The notes under the pieces are model-generated. The model did not search any database. It had not been told where the DNA came from and was given only the letters and a program-made list of their open reading frames with translations. Below, piece by piece: positions 10,868 through 23,575 of a stretch of 64,000 bases of DNA; position 1 is the stretch's first letter; every line of letters begins with the position of its first letter. The DNA is taken from contig NOWV01000132.1 of NCBI GenBank assembly GCA_003344405.1, positions 1 to 64,000 of the forward strand, given 5' to 3'. Source of the DNA: Trichoplax sp. H2 (lineage: Eukaryota). The position numbers and the translations under genes are program-made.

Positions 10868-13800
10868 GTATACTTACGTTGGTAGATGATAACTATTATA
10901 GACATAGTTGTTCTCTTGAGCTAATATTTAACATCTCGCTTTATTTACAAACAGCATCCACCTAGGTAAAATATTCATAATAATAAGGGAAGCTAACGCC
11001 TAATAAGTTAAAACATAAGTAGAAGAGAGGATAGATGGTATCCTACGGCTCCACTATTCTAATTCTAATAAGTATACACAGAAGATATGTAAAATATGAT
11101 AGTCTTGCCGGAGTTTTTAATCAAGATTCACTTTACCTAACATAGAAATTATTGGTTTAAAATACAGTCATCGAATATAAATTATAAATTCAATACTGAT
11201 AGCTGTTATGTTGGAGAAATAATTTGAATCACTATTTCTAATATAGGTACCTACGAGGACATTAGTATCTTCCTTAATGGAGAATATTTTTAAAACTTCT
11301 GACTCTATTGTAGCAATATTTAGGATTGAATTCAATTTTTGTAATCATTCAATAAATTTCATACTACACCGATTTTTGTAAATATAGAACTAATGTACTA
11401 ACTGTTATTTCACGATTTTCGCCATATATTCCTATGTTACTGAGCCCGCATAATTTAGACAAAATATGGTACAATTTACTTAATAAGACAAATGTAGATG
11501 GCAGATACTGATATACTCTTTATAAAGAAATAGATTTCATCAGCTGAATAAAGCAAGTAAAAAAATTTCAGACTTGAAGTAAAGTTATATTTATTAAGTA
11601 TTCAACAACTTGATCTAATCTTTATATTGATGAGAATTTAAGACACTATACATCAATTTTCTATTCAATTTACCCATGCATTTTAGAACTAGCATAATTT
11701 ATAGAATTATTTTAAGATTTTGAATGTACATGCAATATTCTCTTATATAGTTTACTTGAACATCATTGTAACAAATATCTTACACATTTATATGATAACT
11801 TAAGCACGTATTTTATTTGATTCTAATTTATCTCATGGAATTTTATAATGGCAGATTTAGTTAGGAATTATCTGTATGAAGTTTTACAATAATATTTATT
11901 CTTGTTGTCCTAGATACTAATTCTACGAAATAGACTAATATATTCAAAGTAGACAGAATACAAATAATTTGAAATTTTATTTATTTAGCAAAGTAATTGC
12001 TAAGCATAAATAAATCATTAGAGCACATGGCATCAATTTGTTATAAAGGATACAATAACCTTTAAAAAGAAATTCCATGGCATTATATATTCATTCATTG
12101 ATATAGGTTAAGAATTGAATCGCAATCTGGATATGATGATAAATAAAGCTAACGAAAGCTACTATTGTAGCTACGATAAATCCTGTAATTTTAATTTATT
12201 AATGGATTAATATTTATTACGTCAGCAGATATATTTTCTTGGAGGTAAAGAGAATTTTTTAAACTGAATTCTACGGACATAATCTTTAACGCCACTATCA
12301 TATGATCAATTTTCCTTATTTATATTAGCATAATACTTTGCAACTGAAACAATAAATGCTGAAACAGTGTGTATTTAATATTATTAGGAGGAACGATCTT
12401 ATTAAACACCAAGATATCCTCTGAATTTATTGTTATAGTAAACAATATTATTTTTAAATATGTCTAGTATTATTAGTACCTTCTGCATTGTTCTAAAGTA
12501 GCAAATTCTCAAGTAGTCATATTCTTTTCATGACCATGTATTAACGATAAACCCATACGTAAATTACCCATAATTATTTCTGTATAAAAATTTACTGAAA
12601 TATTTTTAGTTCTTAAAAAGTAATTGTGGTCGCGATAACGTTAATCCTACATAGAAAGTTAACTGCACAAGAGCACCCGTTTGTTGCTTTAAATTTAAAA
12701 ACTTCTATTTCAATTACTTCATCAATTCTTTATCATGATCATACAAGCCAATTAAAACTATGATAGCCAGAAGCGAATAAATTTTGCGATCTAAAACTGG
12801 GTAGAAAACAGACTGACAGAATAACGCTAATCATAATTGAAGTATTTCATACTCTTTTTAGTTCTTATTCCTCTCTCAATAAAACGATAAGTTTGCACGC
12901 ATTGGAATATTTAAAGATGTCTGTATATTAACTAAGAATACAGGAATACGACTAGATGTAATGGGTTTACTCGTTAGATTTTGGAGCAACTGTAAGACAC
13001 ATCGTGGTGCGATTTTTAAAATTAAAAGTCTTAAAACAAACTTTCGTACCTATTTAAAATAAAATACAACATGATGATATATACTTTCAAATTAGAATAC
13101 TTCCGAATTTTAAAACTTATAACTATGGTTCAAAGAATAATTGATGGAAATAAAAGTTAGTTCAATTTATGTTCATTCATTGCTTGCCAGGCATATTTAA
13201 AATAAGGAAGGAAATAATTTTTATCCATTGTAAGGCTTACAAGTGCAAGACAGAAATTGAAAGAAAAGAGTAAAAATTAATCCGAAATTTTTAAACTATT
13301 GTTATTGCTACTAATACTATTTAGCAACGCAGTTGCTAAATAATTAAATGAAGTCTCAGTTTAAACATACTAAATTAGAACAACTTTAATTTTAAATAAT
13401 TACTATGATAAGAATTGCTCTAACAATATAGAAATTTAAAATTTTTAATATATTCACGGTTCATTAATTAATAATTGCCCTTGTCATTAACATAATAATC
13501 ATTTACTGTCCACCATAATACCAAAAGGAAATACTCCTATAAATATATATGCCATCCTTTTATGGTTTTGTTGATTGAAACGGAACAATCATGTATTCTT
13601 ATCGCTGTTGCAATATGGATGTCTATTTATTTTCAATTAATCGGTGCATGGCTATAGCACTGCACACAAATACGAGGAAATAAAAATCTTGGCCTTTGCA
13701 ATTCATTTCTTCTCCTGCGGTAAAGATAATGTCTTAATATCACCAATTTTAAACTCCAGGTAATCAAATCTACGTAATTTCAGGACATAATCGCCTTCAT

Positions 13801-15501
13801 TTATAATGCAAAAAGGAATTTAGAAGCAATTAAGATGGCATTTGAATTTCTAATTAATTACAAAATTAAAGCTTTATTAAAGTAGATGGTTAAAAATTGC
13901 AGCTAAAAAGTAAAGGAGTTCTCTTAGACAATATGCATCATTAGCAAATATTAGTTCAAAAGAATGTTTTAAGTAGATAAATGGTAAAAATTAATATTCG
14001 ATGCGCCTGGCTAATCACCTTATTCTACTTGATTAGAAACATAACTCTAGTATTAACGTAGACTATGAAGTATACGAAATTAAAGTAATACAAGTATTTT
14101 CATTCTCACTAAATCGGTTAATCTGAAGGAGAAGATCACTGGATAAGAATCAGACTATTAATTTTGAATTGCTTAGAAATCTTCAATCAGTTCTCATTTA
14201 ACTTATTAGCATCTTTAATTTACCCAGAAGTGTAGCAACTACCAATAGCAGAGACTAAAAATTTTCAACATACATAGCTGGTGCGGTGCAACCTGCTCAT
14301 TTCGCTGTATTTGATACTTCAGCAATCTTCATATATTTAGAAGAAAATTAAAGAAAATTTTTACATAGGACAAGCGATATTCCTCCTAGCTTTTGAGAAC
14401 TTAATTCTACCAGTAAGGCAAGAAAAATTATCCTTTCCTTTCCGTTAAATGTACACATTGACGGAGACTTTATATGAAATCAATTAAATTTATCAAGAAA
14501 CATCCTTTCTTGCACCGATAAATTTCTAGGGAGAATTTATAACTCACATACTGAAATTACAAATTTATGTGAGTATTGAAAATGGCGAACATTGTTTATG
14601 TTATGTACAAAGATTATTTAAATCTTTTACATTAATTTCAAGCCGTAGTCAATACTGAATACCTTTTAATAGGCCGGGAGAGAAATTTTAATGCAAAATG
14701 CAAAAGCTTTTCCTAATCTATATCATCTAATTGGAGACTAAAGGTAGGATTTAATAATATTCCATCCTTATTACCTTGCTATGATAAGTAATATTGATAA
14801 AGAATTTTGCATAGATATGCAATTTAGACCCTGCAATACTACAGATACTGCTCTCAATAAATTTGAGTATTAGTTTCACAAATACAATCTCTTATAAACA
14901 ATTCTAAGAATCTCGCTTGGTGAGATGTTTAAGTATAATAATTTCAAGTTACGTAGGTATATTTAATTTTTAATCTGTTTCTACTCATAGAATGTGTTAA
15001 ATATTAGCAGTTATCAATGTACAGCTCAAACATTTTATAATTTAAAACTATCTTTAAATCTATTGATGATACTCGTATTATAAACATTTTCAATTAATAT
15101 TTTTTTCATTACAGAAGGTTAGGGATAGCATACAATTTATTTTTTATTGTTATTCTTTGCAGAGAGAATTTGGGCTAAATACAAGTTTGAATATCCAGCT
15201 ATTCTCAGATCTCTGAATGATATTTAAGCAAGACTAAGTCAATCCTGGTCACCCTATCATATTTTTTTACGTTATCAAATTTTATTGAAACTTCAATTTG
15301 TAAGCAAATAGAATATCTAGTTGGCAAAATATACGCATGCTTCAAGCTGTTAAAGATCAACATCTAGTACTCTACTAATAAGGAATAGAGAAGAAAATTG
15401 TTCAAATTAATTCTTTACATAATAAACCAACACCGAATTCAACCAACACGAGCACTAATTTTACGCTGCAAATCGAACACGCACTTACGTAGTTATCTAC
15501 A

Positions 15502-16575
15502 ATGAACTTTTACAATTATAATGCAAGCAATACAACTAGGCCCTTCGATCGCCATCAATTAGCCGCGATTATTTCTATGCCAGTTATATTAACTAACTCG
15601 GCGCTGGTAATTACCATTTGCAGTAAGAGAAAATTAAGAACACCATCTAATGCTATTATTTGCAGTAGTTGCCTTGCATGTATGGTATTAGCAATTTTAT
15701 TAACTTGCAATGCAATTGCATCTTTCTATGAGGACCAAATACAATCAACATTCTTGCTTTGCTTGCTAAACAACGCTTCTGAGTTAACTAGCTCAGCAAT
15801 TATAACATTTCATATCACTACAATCAGCCTAGAACGATTTTTTTCTGTCATCTATCCGTTCAAATATCAACGTCATGCTACTCAACGTAACACAAGTTTA
15901 TTAATAGTAGCATTGTGGTGTACACCAATTTTCATCATTTTTGGACCAGTAATTATTACATCATTATCTCTAAATGGTCATTGCAAAGATTGGTCAGAAA
16001 TAGAAGCATTAAGGATTGTCTGTTATTTTGTTTTATTTCCTATAGTATTATTTTTACCGCCAGTTATGACATTTATCGCTTATTCAGCTATGATATATAA
16101 AATTTTCGCCATGACCCGGAAAATTTGGTCACAAAGTAGTTTTATGTCGAATCAGCGACAAATTTCTAAATATCAATTAATGATGGTCCACAGGAAAGCC
16201 TTATTCCAAATGTTACTGTTATTAAGTATTTACAGCTTATCATTTTTCCCCTTTTTCACCTTTTATACTATTTATATACAATCACAAGGGCAGTTATTTC
16301 GTACAACTACGTATATTTGTTACTTAATAGCAGTGGCCTACATTCTAATCCATCCTTTATTATCGATTCTATTTACTGCTCCCATTAAAGAAGAAATAAG
16401 AAAAAAATTTAAACAATTATGCTCTTCTGCATGTTTTACACTTGGAGAAAAAACTGTCCGAACTCCGATCTCAACGATTATCGATGAAGGATTTAAATCA
16501 GTTGGACACGAATACCAATTAGATATCAGGAAAATATCACCTAATCATTCATCGAATCAAATCATCTTATTATAA
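15502..16575 (+). CDS. Orphan rhodopsin-like 7TM GPCR, paralog 2 (357 aa)
   Basis: 7TM pattern; TN in TM1, LRTPSN, LERFFSVIYPFKYQR, TM4 W, HRKALFQM, YSLSFFPF, HPLL; N-glycosylation sequons NAS, NTT. Confidence 0.95.
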   Translation: MNFYNYNASNTTRPFDRHQLAAIISMPVILTNSALVITICSKRKLRTPSNAIICSSCLACMVLAILLTCNAIASFYEDQIQSTFLLCLLNNASELTSSAIITFHITTISLERFFSVIYPFKYQRHATQRNTSLLIVALWCTPIFIIFGPVIITSLSLNGHCKDWSEIEALRIVCYFVLFPIVLFLPPVMTFIAYSAMIYKIFAMTRKIWSQSSFMSNQRQISKYQLMMVHRKALFQMLLLLSIYSLSFFPFFTFYTIYIQSQGQLFRTTTYICYLIAVAYILIHPLLSILFTAPIKEEIRKKFKQLCSSACFTLGEKTVRTPISTIIDEGFKSVGHEYQLDIRKISPNHSSNQIILL

Positions 16576-17546
16576 AAATAGAAAATTAATGATCGATAAA
16601 TTACAAGAAAAATGAAAAGTTCTTAATGTAAAACAGCTCAAGTAGAATTTAACCTATATAACGCTTTTTCATTATCAGTTTCTACCTGTAGCAGCAATAA
16701 CTTTGAAAACTTTAATAAGTATTTCCTGAAAGTACCATTTAGACGTGAATATTTATCATATCGAACACAATAAAATGGTACAGCATGTGTTAACCTTATG
16801 TTGATTTATTTCTTCCTGTAGTTAATAAGGGAAATTGATTCTCAGAGCAAATAGGATCGAAAGATAGCCTAATCGTTGCTATAAAACATACAAACTGCTA
16901 TTTCACAATCCTCTATGTTACTTTCAAATTGAGATAATGGTTTTATTACTTGTTATTCTATCTAGCTCTATACTTCAACTAACAGTGGTCATTTTCATGA
17001 TTTTCGATGATTTTAGTATCCTTATTTGCAGATTTACTCTCTGATCTGTTGCAGGTAGTTAAATAAGGCTTTACGACAGTGCTAGCATTAAAGGCAATCT
17101 GATATTTACTACGGTCTTAAAATAGAACATAGCGATAGTGAACGAAATGACCATTCATAACTTGCATCTATACAGCCATTTAAACAATTGCATTGAATTT
17201 ACTGCTATTAGAATCTGATTAATCGATTAGAATGATAACTAACTTAAAATTTGACGTTGCTTTAACGATTCGCAGTCAAAATAAATACAACTTTCTCATT
17301 TAAAATAAGTTGATAGATACTGTAAACATAATTCAAGAATCAATTCGATTCCAGAAGTACCTCTTGGTTTAAAATCACGCCAGGCAACATTTTTCTCTCA
17401 ATGCAAACAAAAAACGTCCATCAAATTCTACTTGAAGATCTAAATTTATATTTTTATTTGTATTTAGGCTTTTCAGCCCAAACTAAGAGATATACAGCCC
17501 TATTTTTACAACTTAATAAGGTGCCACAAAATGACATTTAATCTGC

Positions 17547-18098
17547 TGTGATATATACCAATCATGAGATTCCAAATTTTAGAAAAATAAGGGCTTTATT
17601 CAATCTTATACAAAGATTGACTACACACAGCTCTACTCTAGCCGAATACTACTACTAAAGACTTCTACAACGAACTAACAGAATAATCTAAAGTTGCATG
17701 CTTTTATACTTTTCGTAGCATTCGCAGCTACAATCCGCATGGCAACCTTTTACCTTATATTACACATAGTTAAATTATTCTTAGTAAGACTATTCTACTG
17801 CAGACCATCATTAATCCAATACGGATACGACTACAGTAGTTACGTAGACATTATTCACACCAGCCAAAGTACAATGAATTAATCATATCCTAATATATGA
17901 TTTACAGTTCTATTTTTACCTATAGCCTTATTAGTAACTCAACACCTTACTGTATATAATCATCTGTACTCTAGCATAGAGTCTATAACACTACAGTCTA
18001 TAGTTATAGCTACCAAATATCTCTTAGGATAAATATCTACCCCATATTATACTAAATATGGCTAACAGTCTACAATCACAATACTAAGTTACATTACA
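17547..18098 (-). mobile_element. Solo-LTR-like element, family E
   Basis: TGT...ACA termini, perfect TSD TCTGC (17542-46, 18099-103); highly similar to 39479-40028; TATA and AATAAA on the minus strand. Confidence 0.92.
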
Positions 18099-18221
18099 TC
18101 TGCTCTTTTCTCTAGAGCTTTATAATACGCCGCTTTCAATCGTACTTATTTCATATCTACATTTACTTAGTAGCGTTGTATTGAAGTTTAATTATTCTTT
18201 AACCTGATATAATTTACCAGT

Positions 18222-18680
18222 TGTAAAGAAGTGGCTTAGTGTTCGCTAGCCTTGCATCTTGCAAATGAAAGAGCGCATGCGGGCTATGCATTTTATAGTT
18301 GTTTATGTAATAGAGTTAATATGGTCTTATATTTACACCTTTGTTAAATTTAGTGTTGTTTATAAAGCGAGACTTTAATTATGATAAATAAGTATTCATA
18401 TTAAGATAAGATAAACAAGTTGACTTCGGATACTATAGTAAAGCGTATAGATTTCTTTGCTATATAGAAACCATATTCTAGAATTATGATCTGTTACGAT
18501 TGTTATTGTTTACGATCCTCGCGATGTAAACAAGTAGAGTATAAAAGATAATTCTCTAGTTTCTAAAGCTAGTCCTGAATCCGAAGATCTATAGCATTGT
18601 ATACTATCTCTTTCTCAGTATAGACACTAATAAACGATATTTCTAAAATCCTCTACCGAAACCGAATAACTTCGTTTACA
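18222..18680 (+). mobile_element. Solo-LTR-like element, family H (single copy)
   Basis: Termini TGTAAAGAAGT...ACTTCGTTTACA (imperfect inverted repeat), perfect TSD CCAGT, GTATAAAAG 18539, AATAAA 18629. Confidence 0.85.
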
Positions 18681-20280
18681 CCAGTACTGCATATTATCGT
18701 GGTATAGTTCCAAAGTAGCTTAAGAATAAAGGTATATTAATAATTTGGTAACTGAAATAATTTCTGTAGTAGAAAGAAAATTCTTGATACCATTTTTGAG
18801 GCGCTTCATTAGAGCTGAGAGTACATCGCCAATGCGATTAATCTCTTATGTCATATAAAAATTTTAGCATCAGCCATGGTCTCCTTTATCTTTCATTACA
18901 GTTACTAATTGAAAATTTAGTGCTGTCCTAATCAACACTGCGTTATGTTCCTGTAGTAATACCTTCTTATATTTTCTTTTTTGCCAGTACAATTTATAAC
19001 TGGGAAAATAAAAGCTTTAACAAGAATTTTAGACAAATCGAAGAAGATTCTAAACATTAATGATCCTAATATCACCACAAGGTTACGGTAAACTACAGTA
19101 TATATCACTCTTAAGCAAAGCCTAACCTTAACACTTTTGCAAAATTCGTCATTTTATATGGCAACCACTAAAGAATTTATTATCATTACAAATATAGATA
19201 ACATTACAAAATTGTGCAATTATCTACAATAAAGCCTAAACCATGATAGAAAACAACGGTATTATTAAGAAATAACAAATAATGTCACCCATCAAAAATA
19301 GGATAAATACCTATCAAACGAAAGTCGCTTTCCGACACTTGTATAAATGTTATCACCGATAATACTTAACCCATCAATACAGGATTGATGCTGATTTCAT
19401 TCTTACTTAAAATTATCTTGATATTCTAAATGAATTATTTATTTAAGTTTGCGATAAGTCAATTCACTACATCCTTATAGCTTAATACCTTCAATACCAC
19501 GTGAGGCTGATAAACTAATGTATTTGATATCAGATAATATTGTTAAATTTTGTTTCTCATTTAAATAACAGATGGAGATGTAACATATAGATACAGACGT
19601 CTCTTTCAATAGAACAAGTTCAAAGCTCGGTTTTATTTCATGAACATTTTAAAATTTATCTTACGAGACAGCTATAATATTTAAAGGAAACCTACATACT
19701 ACGAGCAAAATTCTTTCGCTTCTTTCGTAACTAAATACATTTTTATACATGCTAGCTAGTGCAAGTTAAAATGAATTGTTAATAAGAATAATTCTAAGGG
19801 AAGCTTATTCAAAGTTCCATACGTCCTCTGTCAAGATATCTATTAATCACTGTGGCCTACTAGAATATCTAGATTTTTCACTGATAAAGAATTCTTCCTA
19901 CTAATTTTTTAAATCTATTTTAATCTTCAAATGAGCAAATATTTCAAATTAAATATAGAAAAGAAACCTCTGAAGATATAATACGCTAGTATATTAGCCG
20001 CATTTAATCGATTAATATGAAAATTGTTAACTGTTTTAGTCTCGCTATCTAGCCCTTAAGAAACAAGATATCGGATATAAAAACAATACAACCATAAATG
20101 TTGCTGTATTTCAGTAATGATAGAAACTGTTTTTAACCTGATGGATGAAATAAATGAATTAAAGTAATGGGCATATCTTAATTATTATACAGCAATGACA
20201 ACTTGCTTCCATTTAATATCAATCCTATTATTGACTGTTATAACAAAGCTGTCATAATTAAAATAAAGGTCGTTGCTGTC

Positions 20281-20838
20281 TGTAGTGATGCGCCTACGTT
20301 TGATTATAAGGATAGCTATATTTGATATAGTTTGGTTACTTTGAATAGATATTATCGTGAAGCTAATATTAGACGATTGCTAACTACTATATTAGAAATT
20401 GTTAACGACTAATAGTAGCCAGTTGACTAATCATGGTATAAGATTTATGTTGCTAGAAACACTGTAGTCGCTAAGATGCCCTTCAAAGGGAGGACTTAGA
20501 CGTTAATAGAGGAGTAGTGACATCTTAACTAGAATGATTTAGATTGTAGAAAATATTGATGTACTATTGGAGAAAAGTGGTTTGTTTGATGACTCATATC
20601 TGATTGTAGATTTATCAAGTTGTCATAAATGGATTTAACTAAATGTATATAAGAACTGCAAAGATGAGCTCAAAAGGAGAAGAGACTTCACTTCGCTTTA
20701 AGCTAGGAATACTTTAGATTTCAGACTAGATTCTTGTAGCAATTAATTATTGCTCTACTATTCCTAAAACTCTGTAATAAAAACTTTTTAGAAAATAGCA
20801 TTTAACTAAGATAATTAATGTGAGACGCATTTACTACA
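20281..20838 (+). mobile_element. Solo-LTR-like element, family I (single copy)
   Basis: Termini TGTAGTGATGCGCCT...AGACGCATTTACTACA (imperfect inverted repeat), TSD CTGTC/CTTTC, GTATATAAG 20645, AATAAA 20776. Confidence 0.8.
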
Positions 20839-22496
20839 CTTTCATCACTGAATGAAATAATTTTCGTCAAACCTGATGATTTTTAATTGATAAAAAATTT
20901 CCATGACCACCCACGCATGGTTTATTTGCTTAATAATTTTTACTTCAGCGATATATTGATGGCGAATGTGTCTCTAGATGGAATAACCGAAAATATTTCG
21001 TCATTATTGCAAATCTAAAACTAGTCATTAAGCTAAAGAACCATCTCTAAGTATTCATAACCTACTTATCTATATTCCCGGGCTAAATTTAGCTCATTGA
21101 TTTCTAAAAATATACTTTCGATTTAAAATAAGAATTAGAGAGTCATTTTATCTATGAAAATATCTTATTAGTAATTAATGTGTGTTTAACTGAAGACTAG
21201 AACTTTCCAAATAATATTAATTTTTAGTTATTTTTATATTTCTAATTATAATTTCTTAGTTTATCAATGCATGCCAACTTAATACGTGGTATTTATATCA
21301 CCGTAACAAAATCTATTCTTCTAACTCTACTTAACGTGCAGACTGTAGATCTCCATTATAAATTCATATTTGTAATAAAAAACGTTAAGCTATTTGTTAT
21401 AATTTTTTTTTGTTTAAATGCACCTCGCAGGTATGTGCTTAGAAATGGTATGTTTAATGGAGCTAATAGTATTTGATTTCAAGTAAGCGACTGTTCATTA
21501 CCAGGCTGTATCTATACCCGTAAATTTCTTTCATAGAGTTGCAATACTATTACAGAAAACTAAAACTACGAGCCTACTGTCAAGTTTGTCCTATTAATAT
21601 TAACCTACAGTACGATTCTAATTTCTAACGATCTCCTACTGCTAGGAACAGTAAGTACACTAGTCTCTCTTGAAAAAATCTGAACCTTAAATTTATTGAA
21701 AAATCAATTAATTTACAGTGAATATCAACATTAATTATTAGTCGATAAATAATATTTTACAACTATGAAGCTATCTATTTTTTGCGGAACTCTGCTCGTC
21801 ATTTTATTTTTAGAATTAAGTAGCAATTAGAGAATAAGTGATCAAAAATGAAAATCATTAATGATCGTTATGTGTCTGACTTTTAGTATGCAACTACCAC
21901 TAATTGTTAGATAGTTATTATTATTTACGTATGACTTTGTTAATATTGATTAATATCGGTGCATCTACGTAATATTAGAATATTTATATAAGAAATATTT
22001 ATTAATTTTTATTCTCAGTTCACTGAAACTAGCATAGAGACCACTGGTACTAACGTACATCATTTATAGTCAATAAAAAAGTCTATAATCTATGTTCTGC
22101 TTTAGCTCATATTATTAGTCTGGGAAAAGTTAGTTTCCCTTACTGAGGATCCCCGAAGTAAGATGGTGATCACTTAGAACAGGAAGAGTAGCTAAACCCC
22201 AATCACGAAAGCTATTTGTGATACTATTAAAAATATGTATAACATCATAGATAAATTAATATCAACATATTCCTAAATAAGTTGTTTTATGGAAACTATG
22301 TTACCATTCCTTTGAAAAAGTTACTTGGAAACAATCACACAAAGAACTATGTAACAACAGATTTTATTATTTATTCTCTAACGATTACTACATTATATAA
22401 TAGTACAAGAAGATCTACCAGGCAAAGAAAAATTTCTTAGATCAGAAAATCTAAAAAAGAAAGGCTAAGAGCAATAATATCAGAATATTTCGGACA

Positions 22497-22580
22497 ATTA
22501 TTACTGATTATATTATTATCATACTGATTATATTATTATTATTATTACTGATTATATTATTAATTATTACTGATTATATT
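22497..22580. repeat. Short minisatellite, 4 units with core TACTGATTATATT
   Basis: Core seen four times, separated by variable (ATT)n. Confidence 0.8.
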
Positions 22581-22697
22581 TCTGACAATTCTCATACAAT
22601 ACGTCTAATTAGCTGAACGGTAGCATGTCTACAAACGCAAATCGATATGACACCATTCTCTAAATACCAAAAGAGAAAAAAAATAAACACGAATGAC

Positions 22698-23575
22698 TGT
22701 CACGGCACGAACCACAGTGAAGAGTAAATGGCTAGATTTAGTGTTTAACATTTATATATGGATAACTAATAATGACTTACAGTAAGAACTGCGGTAGTTA
22801 TTATTTTGTTATAGTAAATTATGCTGTATTGTAGCAAGAGTTCTCATAAGGAAACTAATATTAATTGATGATAGTGTTATATCTTGTAACGCTTGTGATG
22901 AATATCCTGAAGATATTCAATTATAGACGATACCATAAATAATTCTGTGTGTGGACATACTGTAGTCTAATTATCTAGAATCGTTCAGTAAAAGTCTAAA
23001 AATTTTGAATAATTTCTGTATTAATTAGTAGCTTAGCTATCCAATATGAGCTAAATTTCGTGAACTGTTATGACTCGTAGATGATAGCTGCTGCCCAAGG
23101 GTATTTAAGCTCGGTAGATAGTTGAATAAAAGAAGAGTTTTTGTTACGATACTAGTCGTCGTATTTACGTGTAGCGACTGTATGTAAGCCCGAGCAGAAA
23201 ATATATCGCTCAGTTGATACTTCTCTAGTGTACGACAAGGCAATATACTTTCGTGGTATGAATAGAAGTAAAAAACTCATAAAGCTAATCTTACAACAAG
23301 CCGCTTATTATATTTGTGAGGAAGTTGTTAGTCTTACAGCATCTCTCCATAGTTAGTTGGAGTGACTAAGTAGCTAGTAAGTTAGTTGGTCACTCACATT
23401 AGAAGAGAGTAGACAGTGGGATTACTCCTGTCAGTGACAGTTCTATAGTTTTTTTAACGTAGAAGCGAAGGCGTCTAAATTCTAACGAGGTAGTTAAGGG
23501 ATACTGCATCCAGGAGACTATAGTAATTTAGGGATTTGTTTTACGTTATCTTTATCACGAAGCTGCTTTGTGACA
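22698..23575 (+). mobile_element. Solo-LTR-like element, family D, host of nested family C
   Basis: TGTCACGG...TTTGTGACA, perfect TSD ATGAC; homologous to the reverse complement of 38982-39418. Confidence 0.88.
23142..23439 (+). mobile_element. Solo-LTR-like element, family C, nested in D
   Basis: TGTTAC...GTGACA, TSD GTTTT/GTTCT (uninterrupted D copies have GTTCT at this position); second copy at 6966. Confidence 0.85.

Noticed and set aside
15915-16100. 61-aa overlapping ORF
   Set aside because: Alternative frame inside GPCR paralog 2 with a GTG start.
17694-17882. Duplicated 62-aa ORF (also 39624-39812)
   Set aside because: TTG start, antisense inside family E elements; the similarity simply reflects the repeat.
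21492-21650. TGTTC...GAACA segment
   Set aside because: No matching TSD; too short and single-copy.
22497-22580. CRISPR-like repeat-spacer pattern
   Set aside because: Spacers are (ATT)n slippage tracts, the context is eukaryotic and there are no cas genes.
23037-23243. 68-aa minus-strand ORF
   Set aside because: Non-ATG start and spans the junction of nested elements D and C.
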